Positions 49,348 through 59,299 of a stretch of 62,281 nt of DNA are shown here, piece after piece. Position numbers and translations under genes: made by a program. This DNA is from Candidatus Zixiibacteriota bacterium (GTDB taxonomy: Bacteria > JAAXHH01). Position 1 is the stretch's first letter. The number at the start of each line of letters is the position of its first letter. Location: contig VGJU01000002.1 in assembly GCA_016867335.1 (NCBI GenBank), positions 1 to 62,281 of the forward strand. Reading direction: 5' to 3'. The notes under the pieces are model-generated. The model had not been told where the DNA came from. It saw only the letters and a list, made by a program, of their open reading frames with translations, and did no database searches.

Positions 49348-52300
49348 TCATATCCCCGGCACGCGGCCCGCATAACCGGTCAGTTCGACATATCCTAGGC
49401 CGCGTACGGGATTTCCTTGGTCCTTTCCTTCTACTTTTACACTCCCTTCCCAGTACACCACGCCGATCAGACTACCCGTGCCGAGTTCCTGGTTTTTTAC
49501 CGTCGGTGTCACGGTCAGTTCCATCCCTTCCGACGGCACACGCACCGTCCACCCGGAAGGGTATGCGGCGCGGGTGTACGGACTTTCCCATGTTCCGGTC
49601 GGCGCGATCTCGAAACCGCTACGATCCAGATGCCGCCATGACCCGTCCGTGTCCACGACCGTACCGCTCGACACCGGTTCGTATGTCCCGTCTTTGCGCC
49701 GCATGAGATACAGCATGAGTTCGCGCCGGTTGTCCAACTGTATACTAAACCAGTCCCACCCCTGTTGTTGCGGCGTAAGCTGATTCGATCCGAATTCGTG
49801 GTCCATCCACGAAAGCCCGGTTACGGGGATTTTTTTGTCGTTCAGGGTCAGTGTTCCCGAAGTCGCCATGCGTGTCAGCGAATAGTAATGCGAGGCACGA
49901 CCCTCCCCTTCGGCTTTCCGGCTTACGCCGTCATGTCCGTGGATTACGGGGGGTTTTTCGGGTTTGAGATCAAGCGAGATCGTTGCCATGGCGGAGGATG
50001 CTTCCAACCGGTGTGTGGTGCTGTCCGTGAGACCGGCGGACCAGTCGCCGATCCAGACGCGGTAGCGGTCCTCCAGCGCCCCGGCCATGTCGAGCGCGGG
50101 GCGGGCGATGTTTTCGGTATGATAAAATCGGTTGCCGTTTTGGTCTGTCACGGCAAAATGCGCAAAATATAGGGTGTGGAGCGCCCACCGCGAGGGGCTG
50201 GCGCGCCGCGCCGGGTTGATACCCACCTGAAAAAAAGTCAGTTCGTATCCAAACGAGCGCCCGTCACCGAAAAGGTGACCGGTATAATACCACCATTCGG
50301 TACGAAATTCGGGATGGCTTGCGTGGTCGCGCGGAAAGACGAACGTGTAGGGCGCTACCGCGAGCCGGTATCCGGAGGCATCGGTCTGCGCGGACGCCGG
50401 TGCGGTCAGTCCCAACAACACCGCGAGGACGACAAGTTCAAGTCGCATCGCTTCCGCTGCCGCGCGTTTGAGGGCCCGTCGGGCAGGCGCAAGCCCGGCC
50501 AACAGGGCCGTCGCCACCATGATCGCAAACGCCTGAACAAATATCCCCGGTGCTACATACATACGGATGCTCCATCCGAAAAATTGTTTGTTGATCACAT
50601 AAATGAGCAGAACGGCAAGGGCGACGCCGCACAGACTGCCCATGACCGCTCCAAGCATTCCGATCAGCCCGCTTTCGACCAGCACCATCTTTCTTATTTG
50701 CGTTTTGAACGCGCCGGTGGCCCGTAATACGCCGATTTCGCGTCCCCGCTGAAGAATGAGCGCTGTCAGCGTGGTGATCACCCCCAGCGCCGCCACCACG
50801 ATGGCGATGGCCTGAAGCGCGTAGGTGATGCGAAACGTCTGATCGAATACGGTCAGTGCCTGACGTCGTATTTCCTGATTGGGGGTGATGTGCAACATGA
50901 TCCGGTCGTCTACGGCGGTCAGCAGGCGTTGTCGCACTTCGTCGGGATGCGCGTCCGGCGATAGATACAGCGCCATGCTTTCGGCGCGCGAGGTCTGCCA
51001 GAGCCGTCCGAAAAGCCGACGGTCCATCAAGATGCTTCCTGCGTCGGTGTTGTAGTCGTAGTATACGCCGACGATGGGGAGCCGGACTCGGCCTGTCGGT
51101 GGATAGAGCGTGACCGAATCGCCCGTATCTACGCGGTGGCGATAGGCAAAACTTTCGGTAACGGCCACCCCGTCACGTGCTATGGCTTCGCCGAGCACGT
51201 CGGTGGAGGCTTTTCCGTCCATAAACCGGAGTCTGCCATGTTGGCGGTGTACGTCCAAGTCGAGCGCCATGACATAGGCAAAGCGATCACCGTATGAAAT
51301 GCGGGCGCCCCGGTAGGTATCCACCGCCGCTACACCCGGAAGACGAGCCGCCGCGACCGGGATATCTTCGGGCAGGGCGGTCGTCCCGCCGTTGGCACGG
51401 CGTCCCACAGGCTGTACATACAGGTCGCCCCGGATCGACTGGGTGATCCAAAGATCTACGGTCTGACGAAAACTTCCTACCATGATGGACATGCCAACCA
51501 TCATGCCGACTGCCGTCATCAGCGCGGCGGCGGCGATGCTCGTGCGGGCTACGGCCTCACGGAGATACCGCGCGCCAAGACGACCTTCCACGCCGGTAAA
51601 ACGGGTCAGAAGCCGGTCCGCCACTCGTTCGCAGACGACTGTAAAGGCGGGGGCGAGCAAAGAAAAACCACCGAGCGTCAGAAAGGCGCTGACAAAACCA
51701 CCCCACGGACTGTGTCGACCGAGCGTCCACACGGCGACAAGCGCCGCTGCAAACAGGATACCCGCGCCCGCGGCGGTCCATCGCGCTACCCGAACGGTCA
51801 TGACTTCGAGGAGTATCCCCTGCCGGACTGTAAGCGCGGGCGCGGTGCGCGACGCTTCGATCGCCGGGGCCAGTGCCGCCGCAAGCGAAACCAGTACGCC
51901 AAGCGCCAGCCCGATGCCATAGGTAAGCGCGTCGTAGTGGAGCGTGGAGGCGTGCGCCACTAAATAGAGCGTTGTCAACGTCTGCGACACGGCACGCAGC
52001 GAACCCTGTGCCATCAGCGTGCCAAGACCCAGACCGATAAGACTCCCCGCAACGCCTATGACAAAGGCTTCTCCGAGAAACAGAAACAACACCTGTCGCC
52101 GTGTCACCCCAATGCTGCGAAGCAGACCGATCTCGCGCCGACGCCGAAGCACGGACATCGCCACCGCGTTGAATACCAGAAAGATAGATACAAACAGCGC
52201 GATGGCCGACAGGGCCGTCAGGCTCAACGCAAACGCCGAGACCATGTTCTCCACCTGACGGGTGCGGTTTTGCGGCGATCCGACACTCGCTTGCGGGGGC

Positions 52301-53040
52301 AACAAGGGGCGGAGCCGCTCCGTTACCGCCTGCCGCTGGAGCGGATCGACCCGCAGATCGATACGGTCCAGTTTGCCCGAACGTCCGAAAACCTCCTGCG
52401 CCGCGCCGATGTCCATCAGCGCCACATTGCCGCCCAGCGCATGCTGGAGTTCGTCGGATTCGAGGATATAACGGACGGTCAGCGGGATGGGCCTGCCGGT
52501 GGACAGTACGGTAAGCGTGTCGCCCGTGTTTAAACGATGCCGTTCCGACAGGGTGCGTGTGATGGCAACGCCGGTGGGGTCGGCGAGAAAAGCGAGGAGC
52601 GCGGCGGGATTTTGCGCGTTCGCCGCCCCCGTGTACCGGGCAAACGGAGCTTCGAGCAACACGTCGATCCCCATGACGAGCAGAGTTTCACGGTAGGGAC
52701 CTGCTTCGTCGTCCGTCCTGTCGGTCGGCGGTGGGGGCGAACCGGGACGGGCGCGCACATACGTCTGTACCACCGGCGCGGCGGCGGTGACACCCGATGT
52801 GCGCCGGACACTCGGGAAGATAGTTTCGTCAAACCCTTCGCTGTCGGCGACGATCTGGAGGTTGGCCGAGCCGGCGATGGCGTCTACGGTATCCGAAAAC
52901 GAAGCCATCGCCGACGTGTTGGCGAGACGCACGCTGACAAACACCGCCACGCCGATGGCAACACCGGCAAGCGTAAGCAGGGCGCGGCCCCGATCCTGAA
53001 ACAGATGTCGGAAGGTTATCCAGTGAAAGAGATGGGACAT
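49348..53040 (-). CDS. MacB/FtsX-type ABC permease (AttF/G-like) fused to an AttH-like lipocalin/CrtC-like domain
   Basis: Two FtsX halves (RRREIGLLRSIG and RGREIGVLRATG) ending AEAMRLE, then in frame FPRDHASHP..TEWWYYTGHL, WMDHEF, GWDWFSIQLD, YWEG, GYVELTGY. Confidence 0.88.
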   Translation of the reverse strand: MSHLFHWITFRHLFQDRGRALLTLAGVAIGVAVFVSVRLANTSAMASFSDTVDAIAGSANLQIVADSEGFDETIFPSVRRTSGVTAAAPVVQTYVRARPGSPPPPTDRTDDEAGPYRETLLVMGIDVLLEAPFARYTGAANAQNPAALLAFLADPTGVAITRTLSERHRLNTGDTLTVLSTGRPIPLTVRYILESDELQHALGGNVALMDIGAAQEVFGRSGKLDRIDLRVDPLQRQAVTERLRPLLPPQASVGSPQNRTRQVENMVSAFALSLTALSAIALFVSIFLVFNAVAMSVLRRRREIGLLRSIGVTRRQVLFLFLGEAFVIGVAGSLIGLGLGTLMAQGSLRAVSQTLTTLYLVAHASTLHYDALTYGIGLALGVLVSLAAALAPAIEASRTAPALTVRQGILLEVMTVRVARWTAAGAGILFAAALVAVWTLGRHSPWGGFVSAFLTLGGFSLLAPAFTVVCERVADRLLTRFTGVEGRLGARYLREAVARTSIAAAALMTAVGMMVGMSIMVGSFRQTVDLWITQSIRGDLYVQPVGRRANGGTTALPEDIPVAAARLPGVAAVDTYRGARISYGDRFAYVMALDLDVHRQHGRLRFMDGKASTDVLGEAIARDGVAVTESFAYRHRVDTGDSVTLYPPTGRVRLPIVGVYYDYNTDAGSILMDRRLFGRLWQTSRAESMALYLSPDAHPDEVRQRLLTAVDDRIMLHITPNQEIRRQALTVFDQTFRITYALQAIAIVVAALGVITTLTALILQRGREIGVLRATGAFKTQIRKMVLVESGLIGMLGAVMGSLCGVALAVLLIYVINKQFFGWSIRMYVAPGIFVQAFAIMVATALLAGLAPARRALKRAAAEAMRLELVVLAVLLGLTAPASAQTDASGYRLAVAPYTFVFPRDHASHPEFRTEWWYYTGHLFGDGRSFGYELTFFQVGINPARRASPSRWALHTLYFAHFAVTDQNGNRFYHTENIARPALDMAGALEDRYRVWIGDWSAGLTDSTTHRLEASSAMATISLDLKPEKPPVIHGHDGVSRKAEGEGRASHYYSLTRMATSGTLTLNDKKIPVTGLSWMDHEFGSNQLTPQQQGWDWFSIQLDNRRELMLYLMRRKDGTYEPVSSGTVVDTDGSWRHLDRSGFEIAPTGTWESPYTRAAYPSGWTVRVPSEGMELTVTPTVKNQELGTGSLIGVVYWEGSVKVEGKDQGNPVRGLGYVELTGYAGRVPGI

Positions 53041-53169
53041 AAAATGAAGTTTGAAGGTTGAAGAGCGAAGCAGAGGCAGACTGCCGCGTGTGCCGATCCG
53101 GTGGTCAGCTTGCGAAATGAACAGAACAGCGAGTGCATACCTTGCAGCAAGCTGCAAGAGCAACTACTT

Positions 53170-53350
53170 CCCGTAGGTAGAAGCGTGAAGATGCTTCGAT
53201 TGCTGCGCAATGGCTGCAAGGTAAACGAGCTAACTCCAAACAATGAAAATATCTTGCGGCAGAACGGCCGCAAGAGCGCCTACTCCTTACTGTCGAAGCC
53301 TCCCCGCAGGTAGAAGCGTGAAGATGCTTCGATTGCTCCGCAATGGCTGC
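53170..53350 (+). repeat. Two copies of a 48-bp structured repeat
   Basis: CCCG(T/C)AGGTAGAAGCGTGAAGATGCTTCGATTGCT(G/C)CGCAATGGCTGC at 53170-53217 and 53303-53350, with 2 mismatches. Confidence 0.9.
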
Positions 53351-53649
53351 GTGGGAGGCTTTAATGAGAGACGAGAGAGAGGACGTACAGCACCATGCTT
53401 ATGGAGAACTACCGGTCGGGTGGGGCCGAAGCCATTCTACAAACATCCCGAATGTCATTTCCGCAGTTAGCGAAGGGCATCGGTCAAACTCCAGACGTGT
53501 TGAGATGGCGGCTATTCCATGAAATCCCGGCGACCACAAAAAATAAGGGTATACCCATTTTCAATTGTCAATGACTGCAGACGTAACCTTTTGTTTCGAA
53601 ATGAGTTGCGATGCCACCATCATGGGACATAAAGAGACAACCGTTAGTA

Positions 53650-54309
53650 TTATCCGCCGGTCACCCACTGCGCCGCGTTGTGTAGCAGACGCTGGACCAT
53701 GGGATGCCTGAGAATTTCCAGCGTGTGACCGTTGGCCAGATACGCTACCCGACCTTGTCCGTACGTATACGCCCATCCGGCGGCGGATTCGCGTCCGTCT
53801 TTGCCCTGGCTTTTGAGCAGCAGGTCTACCCGATCGTGGTCAAACCAGATAAAATGCTGTTCATCGGTAATCTCGTAGTCCGTCACACCCTGCGTGATGG
53901 GGTGATCGGGGTTTACGACCCGCACATCAAACGGCTGTATCGGCGGATGCCACTGATAATATCCGCCCATGACCCGGCGGTATCCGTTTTGCCAAGGATA
54001 GGCCCAACCCGCGTTGTGGAGCGGCATAAATGCTCCACCATTGGCCACGAAATGCTCGATCGCCTCTTCCTGATCCGGTCGCATCCAGACCCGGTACGGT
54101 TTTTCCGGACCGTCGGGCCATTCCATGCCATCCCGGAGGATGCACAGCAACCTTTTTCCCGTCAGCAAACCCGTGTCGAGCGCCGCAAAGTCGGTTGTAT
54201 ATTCTACGGTCAAACCGGCGGCTTCGAGTACCGCCCCGACGCCTTCAAAAGCATCTTCCGCCCGGTGATACCGGTCTCCGGCTAACAGAAGCGCATCGTA
54301 TCCGGCCAT
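53650..54309 (-). CDS. ThuA-domain protein
   Basis: FVANGGAFMPLH, HPP, HPITQGV, DEQH, YGQGRVAYLANGH. Confidence 0.85.
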   Translation of the reverse strand: MAGYDALLLAGDRYHRAEDAFEGVGAVLEAAGLTVEYTTDFAALDTGLLTGKRLLCILRDGMEWPDGPEKPYRVWMRPDQEEAIEHFVANGGAFMPLHNAGWAYPWQNGYRRVMGGYYQWHPPIQPFDVRVVNPDHPITQGVTDYEITDEQHFIWFDHDRVDLLLKSQGKDGRESAAGWAYTYGQGRVAYLANGHTLEILRHPMVQRLLHNAAQWVTGG

Positions 54310-54324
54310 GGTATATCCCTTTCT

Positions 54325-57300
54325 TTATACATACCCGTTTTTCTCGTCCCACGCCCGGTGTTTGACAGAGCGGTCGCCGGGATGGCCATATCCGCCACCA
54401 CCTGCCGCATCGACCAGAATACGGTCGCCTGGATACAGGATCACGCCGGTCTCTTTGGATCGCAACACCCGCTCGACACCGTTTGACAGAATCCGGTACC
54501 GGTGCGGTTTGCCCGGTTGTCCGCCAAACAACCCAAACGGCGGGTGAATCGCTCCGTCGCCAGCGGTGTTGAGTTTGGCTGGTTCGGTCCCCTCGTAGAC
54601 CATCTCGAACGTGGCGCCCAGCCCCCCGCGCCACTGTCCGTCGCCACCGGACCCCGGACAAAGGTCGTTGCGCACGATATAAAACGGAAACCGCTCTTCG
54701 GTGATCTCGACGCTTGGGCTACGGATGGCTCCGGCAACGTTGATCTCGCCCAGACACGCCCATCCATCGTGTCCCTGCGAGGCTCCGCCACCGCCGCGTC
54801 CAAAGAAAAAATGCCAGATAAAAGTCTTGCCGGTGGATGGATTTCTGCCCATCACAGCATACCGCAGACGGCGCGAAAACCCGGCGTTGACGTATGCCGG
54901 CGCTATAGGGGCAAGCGCCTTGAATACCGCCTCGACGATTTCCTCCCCACAGTGATTGGTACTCATACATACCGGCGCGGGTGGATTTGGATTAACGATC
55001 AACCCGGTGGGCGCGATCACGCTGATAGGACGTATCGACCCTTCGTTTTTGGGGATGTCCGACGGTGCCAGATACATGATGGCGACGTGTGCAAGCGACC
55101 GGGTGTTGGCGTAGGAGCTGTTGATAAAACCCGTGACTTGCGGGCTGGAGTCGGATAGGTCGATCTCCATCCGGTCGCCCCGGATCGTCACTTTTGCCCG
55201 GATAGGGATATCCGTTGCGCCAAATCCGTCGTCGTCGATCCGTGTTTCGCCATGATAGACACCGTCCGGCCATCCGGCGATAAGACGGCGAATACGCCGC
55301 TCCGTGCCGTCTAAGAGAGCTTCTACAGACTCCATGAGCGTATCCGTGCCAAGATCGTCGAGCAATCCCTGAAGCCTTCGGCCGGCGATGTGGACCGACC
55401 CGATCTGTGCGTACAGGTCGCCAAGAAAATTCTCCGAATGCCGGACATTGACCGCGAGCATCTGCAGGATGTCTTGCCGGGGGCGGTTTTGTTCGTACAG
55501 CCGGATCGGCGGAATCCGCAGTCCTTCGTGGTAGATTTCGCTGGCGGACGGATTGTAACCCCCGTGTGTTCCGCCCCCGATGTCGCTGTGGTGCGCCCGG
55601 TTGACCGCGAAAAAACATAGACGGTCTTTGTAGAATATAGGATAAATGGCCGTCAGGTCAGGCAGATGACTCCCGCCATGATAGGGATCGTTGACGAGAA
55701 AGATGTCGCCCTCGTGCATGTCGTCGCCAAAACAACGTCGGACCGCTTCCACCGCAGGCGGGAGTGCGCTGATGTGGACGGGAATACCTTCTCCTTGCGC
55801 GACAAGTTGCCCCCCGGCGTCGGTGATGGCCGTAGAAAAGTCCCGGCTGGAATTAAGAATCAGCGACATGGACGTTCGGATCATGACTTCGGCCATCTCG
55901 CGCGCGACCGACTCGAGACGATGCTCGACTATCGAGCGGGTAATGGGATCGCTACCGGTTCCGGTCTTTTCGGTCTCCGGCGCGTCCGCCCGTCTAGGAT
56001 ACAGAACGATGCCACCCAACGCATCGATCACGGCGCGGTCACCCGGTTCGACCAGTATTGTGGTAAACGTGGCCTCCAGCAGTGCCGGTCCTGTTATCTC
56101 CACGCCCGCGCCGAGGGTGGAGACGTCATACACCGGAACATCCGTCCATCTGTCTGTATAAATCTGTCGCCGCCCCAGCAATGCCGGGGTGATGTGGGCA
56201 TGTTGCGCCGCTTGGGGCAGTTCCGGGTGGGACAGACGCCCGGTCGTGGTCACGCGAAGCGTCGTCAGCCGGATTTCCTGATGTTGTTGGCGATACGAAA
56301 AGAGTTCTTCGTAACGGCGATGAAAATGACCGGCCCACCTTTCCACAACCGTCTCATCGTCCATGGACAGATCGGGCAGGGGGACGGTCACTTCGTAGAC
56401 CTGATCCAGATAGCGCATGTCCGCCGCCGCCGATACGACGATGTCGTCTTCGCCAAACCCTTGCGCGTGCAATTTTGCGCGTCCCCGTGCCGCCATCTCA
56501 TGGACGATTTCCCAGACGCGGCGCAGGTCGATACGGTCCAGACTGGCGGTATACGAATGCGAGAAGTCGTATTTGAGATCGGTGGTCAGCATGCCACAGG
56601 CTGACAGCACCGAGGCGGCGGCGGGAAGATACACTTTTCCGATATCGAGATACCGCGCCACTTTGCCGATATGCAGACCGGACGCACCGCCAAAGGCCAG
56701 CAGGGCAAACCGGCGGGGATCCACGCCACGTCGCGCCGACAGCAAGCGAATGCCTTCGGCCATGGCAGTGGTTACTACGTCGAGAACGCCACAGGCGGCC
56801 TTCTCGGTAGAAAGTGCCAAGGGTTCGGCGACCTGTGTGTGTATCGCCTGTTTGGCGCGGTCGGGATACAGAGGGGCGGCACCGTTTAGAAAACGGGCCG
56901 GATCGAGATAGCCAAGGACTACATCTGCGTCGGTCACTGTAGCCTTGTCGCCGCCCGCGCCGTAACAGGCCGGACCGGGTCGCGCCCCTGCGCTTTCCGG
57001 TCCTACCCGCAGCTTGCCCCCCTCGTCTACCCATGTAATGCTTCCACCCCCAGCGCCGAGGGTGTGCATGTCGATCATCGGCAGGGCGATTTTCCATCCA
57101 TCTTCATATCGTTCGCCGGCGATGTGAGGGCTGCCGTCTTCGATCAGCGAGATATCGGTGCTTGTGCCACCCATATCAAAACCGATAAGATGGCTTTCTC
57201 CGACAAGACGCCCATACGCCGCCGCGCCGCTTACACCACCCGCCGGGCCGGAGAGAATCGCCTGAACGCCAAGCCTCATCGCCTCTTCTGCCGGTGTCAC

Positions 57301-58050
57301 ACCACCGTTGGATTTCATGGTCAGCAGGTTTATGCACCGTCCGGCGGCTTGGTTTAGATTTTTGGCAAGCTGTTCCAAATACCGTGCATATACCGGCCCC
57401 ACATACGCGTTGACGGCGGTCGCGCTTAGCCGGTCGTATTCTTTGATCTGTGGAAGGATTTCATGCGAAAGCGAGACAAACAGACCTGGAAAGCGTGCAC
57501 GCAATCGATCGCCGATTTCGCGTTCATGGACCGGATGGAGATACGAAAACAACAGACACACCGCTACCGATTCGACGCCTTCGCGTGCGAACGTGTCGAG
57601 CACCGTTTCCAACGCCAAAAGGTCGAGCGGGCGCTCCACCCGTCCGTCGGCGCGAACCCGTTCCGGTACGGTCAGACGCAGATACCGGGGGATCAGCGGA
57701 GGGGGCGGGCTCATACGGAGATTATATCGGTCTTCTTTGAACCCTTCGCGGATTTTAAGCAGATCGCGGAAGCCTTCGGTGGTAATAAGCCCGGCCTTTG
57801 CACCTTTGCGTTCCACAAGCGTGTTGGTGGCGACCGTCGTGCCGTGGATGAGCAGCGTTGTTTCCGCAAGAAAGGTTTCGAGCGAATATCCAAAAAAACG
57901 GGCAACCTCGCCCAGACCGTGCATCACCGCTTCCGATGGGTCGTGTGGCGTTGAAGGCGTTTTGAAGTATCGAAGCGGATGTCGGTCCGACGCTACGACA
58001 AAGTCGGTAAACGTTCCGCCTGCGTCGATGCCTATGGAGAACATGGTCAT
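54325..58050 (-). CDS. Hydantoinase/5-oxoprolinase A+B fusion protein
   Basis: A part: IGIDAGGTFTD, HGTTVATN, SGPAGG, DMGGTSTD. B part: SRDFS, NDPYHGGSHLPD, HHSDIGG, GGGGYG. Confidence 0.9.
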   Translation of the reverse strand: MTMFSIGIDAGGTFTDFVVASDRHPLRYFKTPSTPHDPSEAVMHGLGEVARFFGYSLETFLAETTLLIHGTTVATNTLVERKGAKAGLITTEGFRDLLKIREGFKEDRYNLRMSPPPPLIPRYLRLTVPERVRADGRVERPLDLLALETVLDTFAREGVESVAVCLLFSYLHPVHEREIGDRLRARFPGLFVSLSHEILPQIKEYDRLSATAVNAYVGPVYARYLEQLAKNLNQAAGRCINLLTMKSNGGVTPAEEAMRLGVQAILSGPAGGVSGAAAYGRLVGESHLIGFDMGGTSTDISLIEDGSPHIAGERYEDGWKIALPMIDMHTLGAGGGSITWVDEGGKLRVGPESAGARPGPACYGAGGDKATVTDADVVLGYLDPARFLNGAAPLYPDRAKQAIHTQVAEPLALSTEKAACGVLDVVTTAMAEGIRLLSARRGVDPRRFALLAFGGASGLHIGKVARYLDIGKVYLPAAASVLSACGMLTTDLKYDFSHSYTASLDRIDLRRVWEIVHEMAARGRAKLHAQGFGEDDIVVSAAADMRYLDQVYEVTVPLPDLSMDDETVVERWAGHFHRRYEELFSYRQQHQEIRLTTLRVTTTGRLSHPELPQAAQHAHITPALLGRRQIYTDRWTDVPVYDVSTLGAGVEITGPALLEATFTTILVEPGDRAVIDALGGIVLYPRRADAPETEKTGTGSDPITRSIVEHRLESVAREMAEVMIRTSMSLILNSSRDFSTAITDAGGQLVAQGEGIPVHISALPPAVEAVRRCFGDDMHEGDIFLVNDPYHGGSHLPDLTAIYPIFYKDRLCFFAVNRAHHSDIGGGTHGGYNPSASEIYHEGLRIPPIRLYEQNRPRQDILQMLAVNVRHSENFLGDLYAQIGSVHIAGRRLQGLLDDLGTDTLMESVEALLDGTERRIRRLIAGWPDGVYHGETRIDDDGFGATDIPIRAKVTIRGDRMEIDLSDSSPQVTGFINSSYANTRSLAHVAIMYLAPSDIPKNEGSIRPISVIAPTGLIVNPNPPAPVCMSTNHCGEEIVEAVFKALAPIAPAYVNAGFSRRLRYAVMGRNPSTGKTFIWHFFFGRGGGGASQGHDGWACLGEINVAGAIRSPSVEITEERFPFYIVRNDLCPGSGGDGQWRGGLGATFEMVYEGTEPAKLNTAGDGAIHPPFGLFGGQPGKPHRYRILSNGVERVLRSKETGVILYPGDRILVDAAGGGGYGHPGDRSVKHRAWDEKNGYV

Positions 58051-58213
58051 TTCAACAGTGTCATCCGGCGCGATTCGGTGTATCCCGTCCCTGCGGCCAA
58101 ATGGTAGAAGTATACACCCGATGAAACGGTCTGTCCAGCCGCGTTGCGCCCGTCCCACGTCACGCGGTACCGCACCGCCGTCTGCACTCGGTCCACCAGA
58201 CGCGCGACCGGGT
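58047..58213 (-). pseudogene. Orphan C-terminal FlgD-Ig-like / secretion-sorting domain stub
   Basis: VARLVDRVQTA.RYRVTWDGRNAAGQTVSSGVYFYHL...ESRRMTLLK*. No plausible start; its stop overlaps the hydantoinase ATG. Confidence 0.7.
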
Positions 58214-58224
58214 CAACTTCAAAC

Positions 58225-58989
58225 CTACCAGTTGGCAAACAGTACTTGTCTGCCGTTGCGGGCGACAGGAAGTTCGGCGAGCGCACGCGTATTGCCATGC
58301 GTATCTATGGCTTGGGCCGTTTTGTACACGTGCGCGATCATCGCTTTGGTGTGGTCCGTATGGTTGTCGCCTACCGAATGCGCCAGCCACGTGTGGATGA
58401 CGATGGCGTCTCCGGGACGCATGGATGGCTGTATCCACCGGTCGCCGATCACTTCGTCGCGGATGCTTTTTGTGCGGGCGTTGGGGCGGTCGTGCGGGAG
58501 TGCTCCCATTTTGTGAGTGCCGGGGGCCAGCTTGGTAGCGCCTGCGTCCGGCGCGGTGTCGTCAAGATAGAGCAGAATCGCCGCCAGTTCGGGACGGTCG
58601 TGTACTTCGTAGGCCCAGTCCTGATGCCATCGCTGATGCGATACATGGCCGGGGGGTTTCAGAGGGATTTTTTGGTCGTGAAGGTTGATGTCCGGTCCCA
58701 ACAGGTCGATCATAGGGACGACGAGTCGAGGGTCGAGCGCCAGCCGAAACCACCGGTCGCCAAGCAAGGGAGACTGCATGACAAAACTCGCGCCCAGCCG
58801 GTTTTCCGGGTCTCGATCCTTTGCCTGTTCTTCGTAGCTGATACCAAGCCGGACAGACCCTTTCCACGGAATACGAAGCGCTTCGAACAACGCTCGGCGG
58901 TGGTCGGCAATTTCGTCTTCGGGAAAAAGACCGGGCAACACGAGATAGCCATTTTCCTGATAAAACGCCGACTGGGTTTCCGTGAGCAT
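58225..58989 (-). CDS. Phytanoyl-CoA dioxygenase (PhyH) family protein
   Basis: FYQENGYLVL, KPPG, WHQD, PGTH, GDAIVIH...HSVGDN. Confidence 0.88.
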   Translation of the reverse strand: MLTETQSAFYQENGYLVLPGLFPEDEIADHRRALFEALRIPWKGSVRLGISYEEQAKDRDPENRLGASFVMQSPLLGDRWFRLALDPRLVVPMIDLLGPDINLHDQKIPLKPPGHVSHQRWHQDWAYEVHDRPELAAILLYLDDTAPDAGATKLAPGTHKMGALPHDRPNARTKSIRDEVIGDRWIQPSMRPGDAIVIHTWLAHSVGDNHTDHTKAMIAHVYKTAQAIDTHGNTRALAELPVARNGRQVLFANW

Positions 58990-59023
58990 CACGGCAATCC
59001 GGGAAAGAAGCGAAACAATCTGT

Positions 59024-59221
59024 TTACGGTATTTTGTTCGAGGCGGGGGCCGGGTGTACTTTGGGTGTTTCAGGACGCGTGACGCTGGATGTTTTGAGCG
59101 AGGCCATACTCCGGAATAGCGGCGTAAGAAGACGAAAGACAAACAAGACGGTTATCCACCCCACGGCTCCGCTCGTCCATTGTATCATCCGCGCCAGACG
59201 CAGGTTGGTGATCTTTTTCAC
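59024..59221 (-). CDS. Possible small single-TM protein
   Basis: GGAG ribosome-binding site before GTG, one hydrophobic segment, and a strong promoter motif about 80 nt upstream. Confidence 0.4.
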   Translation of the reverse strand: MKKITNLRLARMIQWTSGAVGWITVLFVFRLLTPLFRSMASLKTSSVTRPETPKVHPAPASNKIP

Positions 59222-59299
59222 GTCGTCTCCGATCTTTCGGGGGCATCAGAACGAAAAAAAACGGTTCGTCTGATTGTGCGATGCGGACAAACCGCTTCC

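Noticed and set aside
53170-53350. CRISPR array
   Set aside because: Only two 48-bp copies separated by 85 nt, and no cas genes in the window.
53401-53574. IS200 TnpA pseudogene
   Set aside because: Only a suggestive start (MENYRSG) and no HUH or catalytic Tyr motif. Mentioned as speculation only, not called as a feature.
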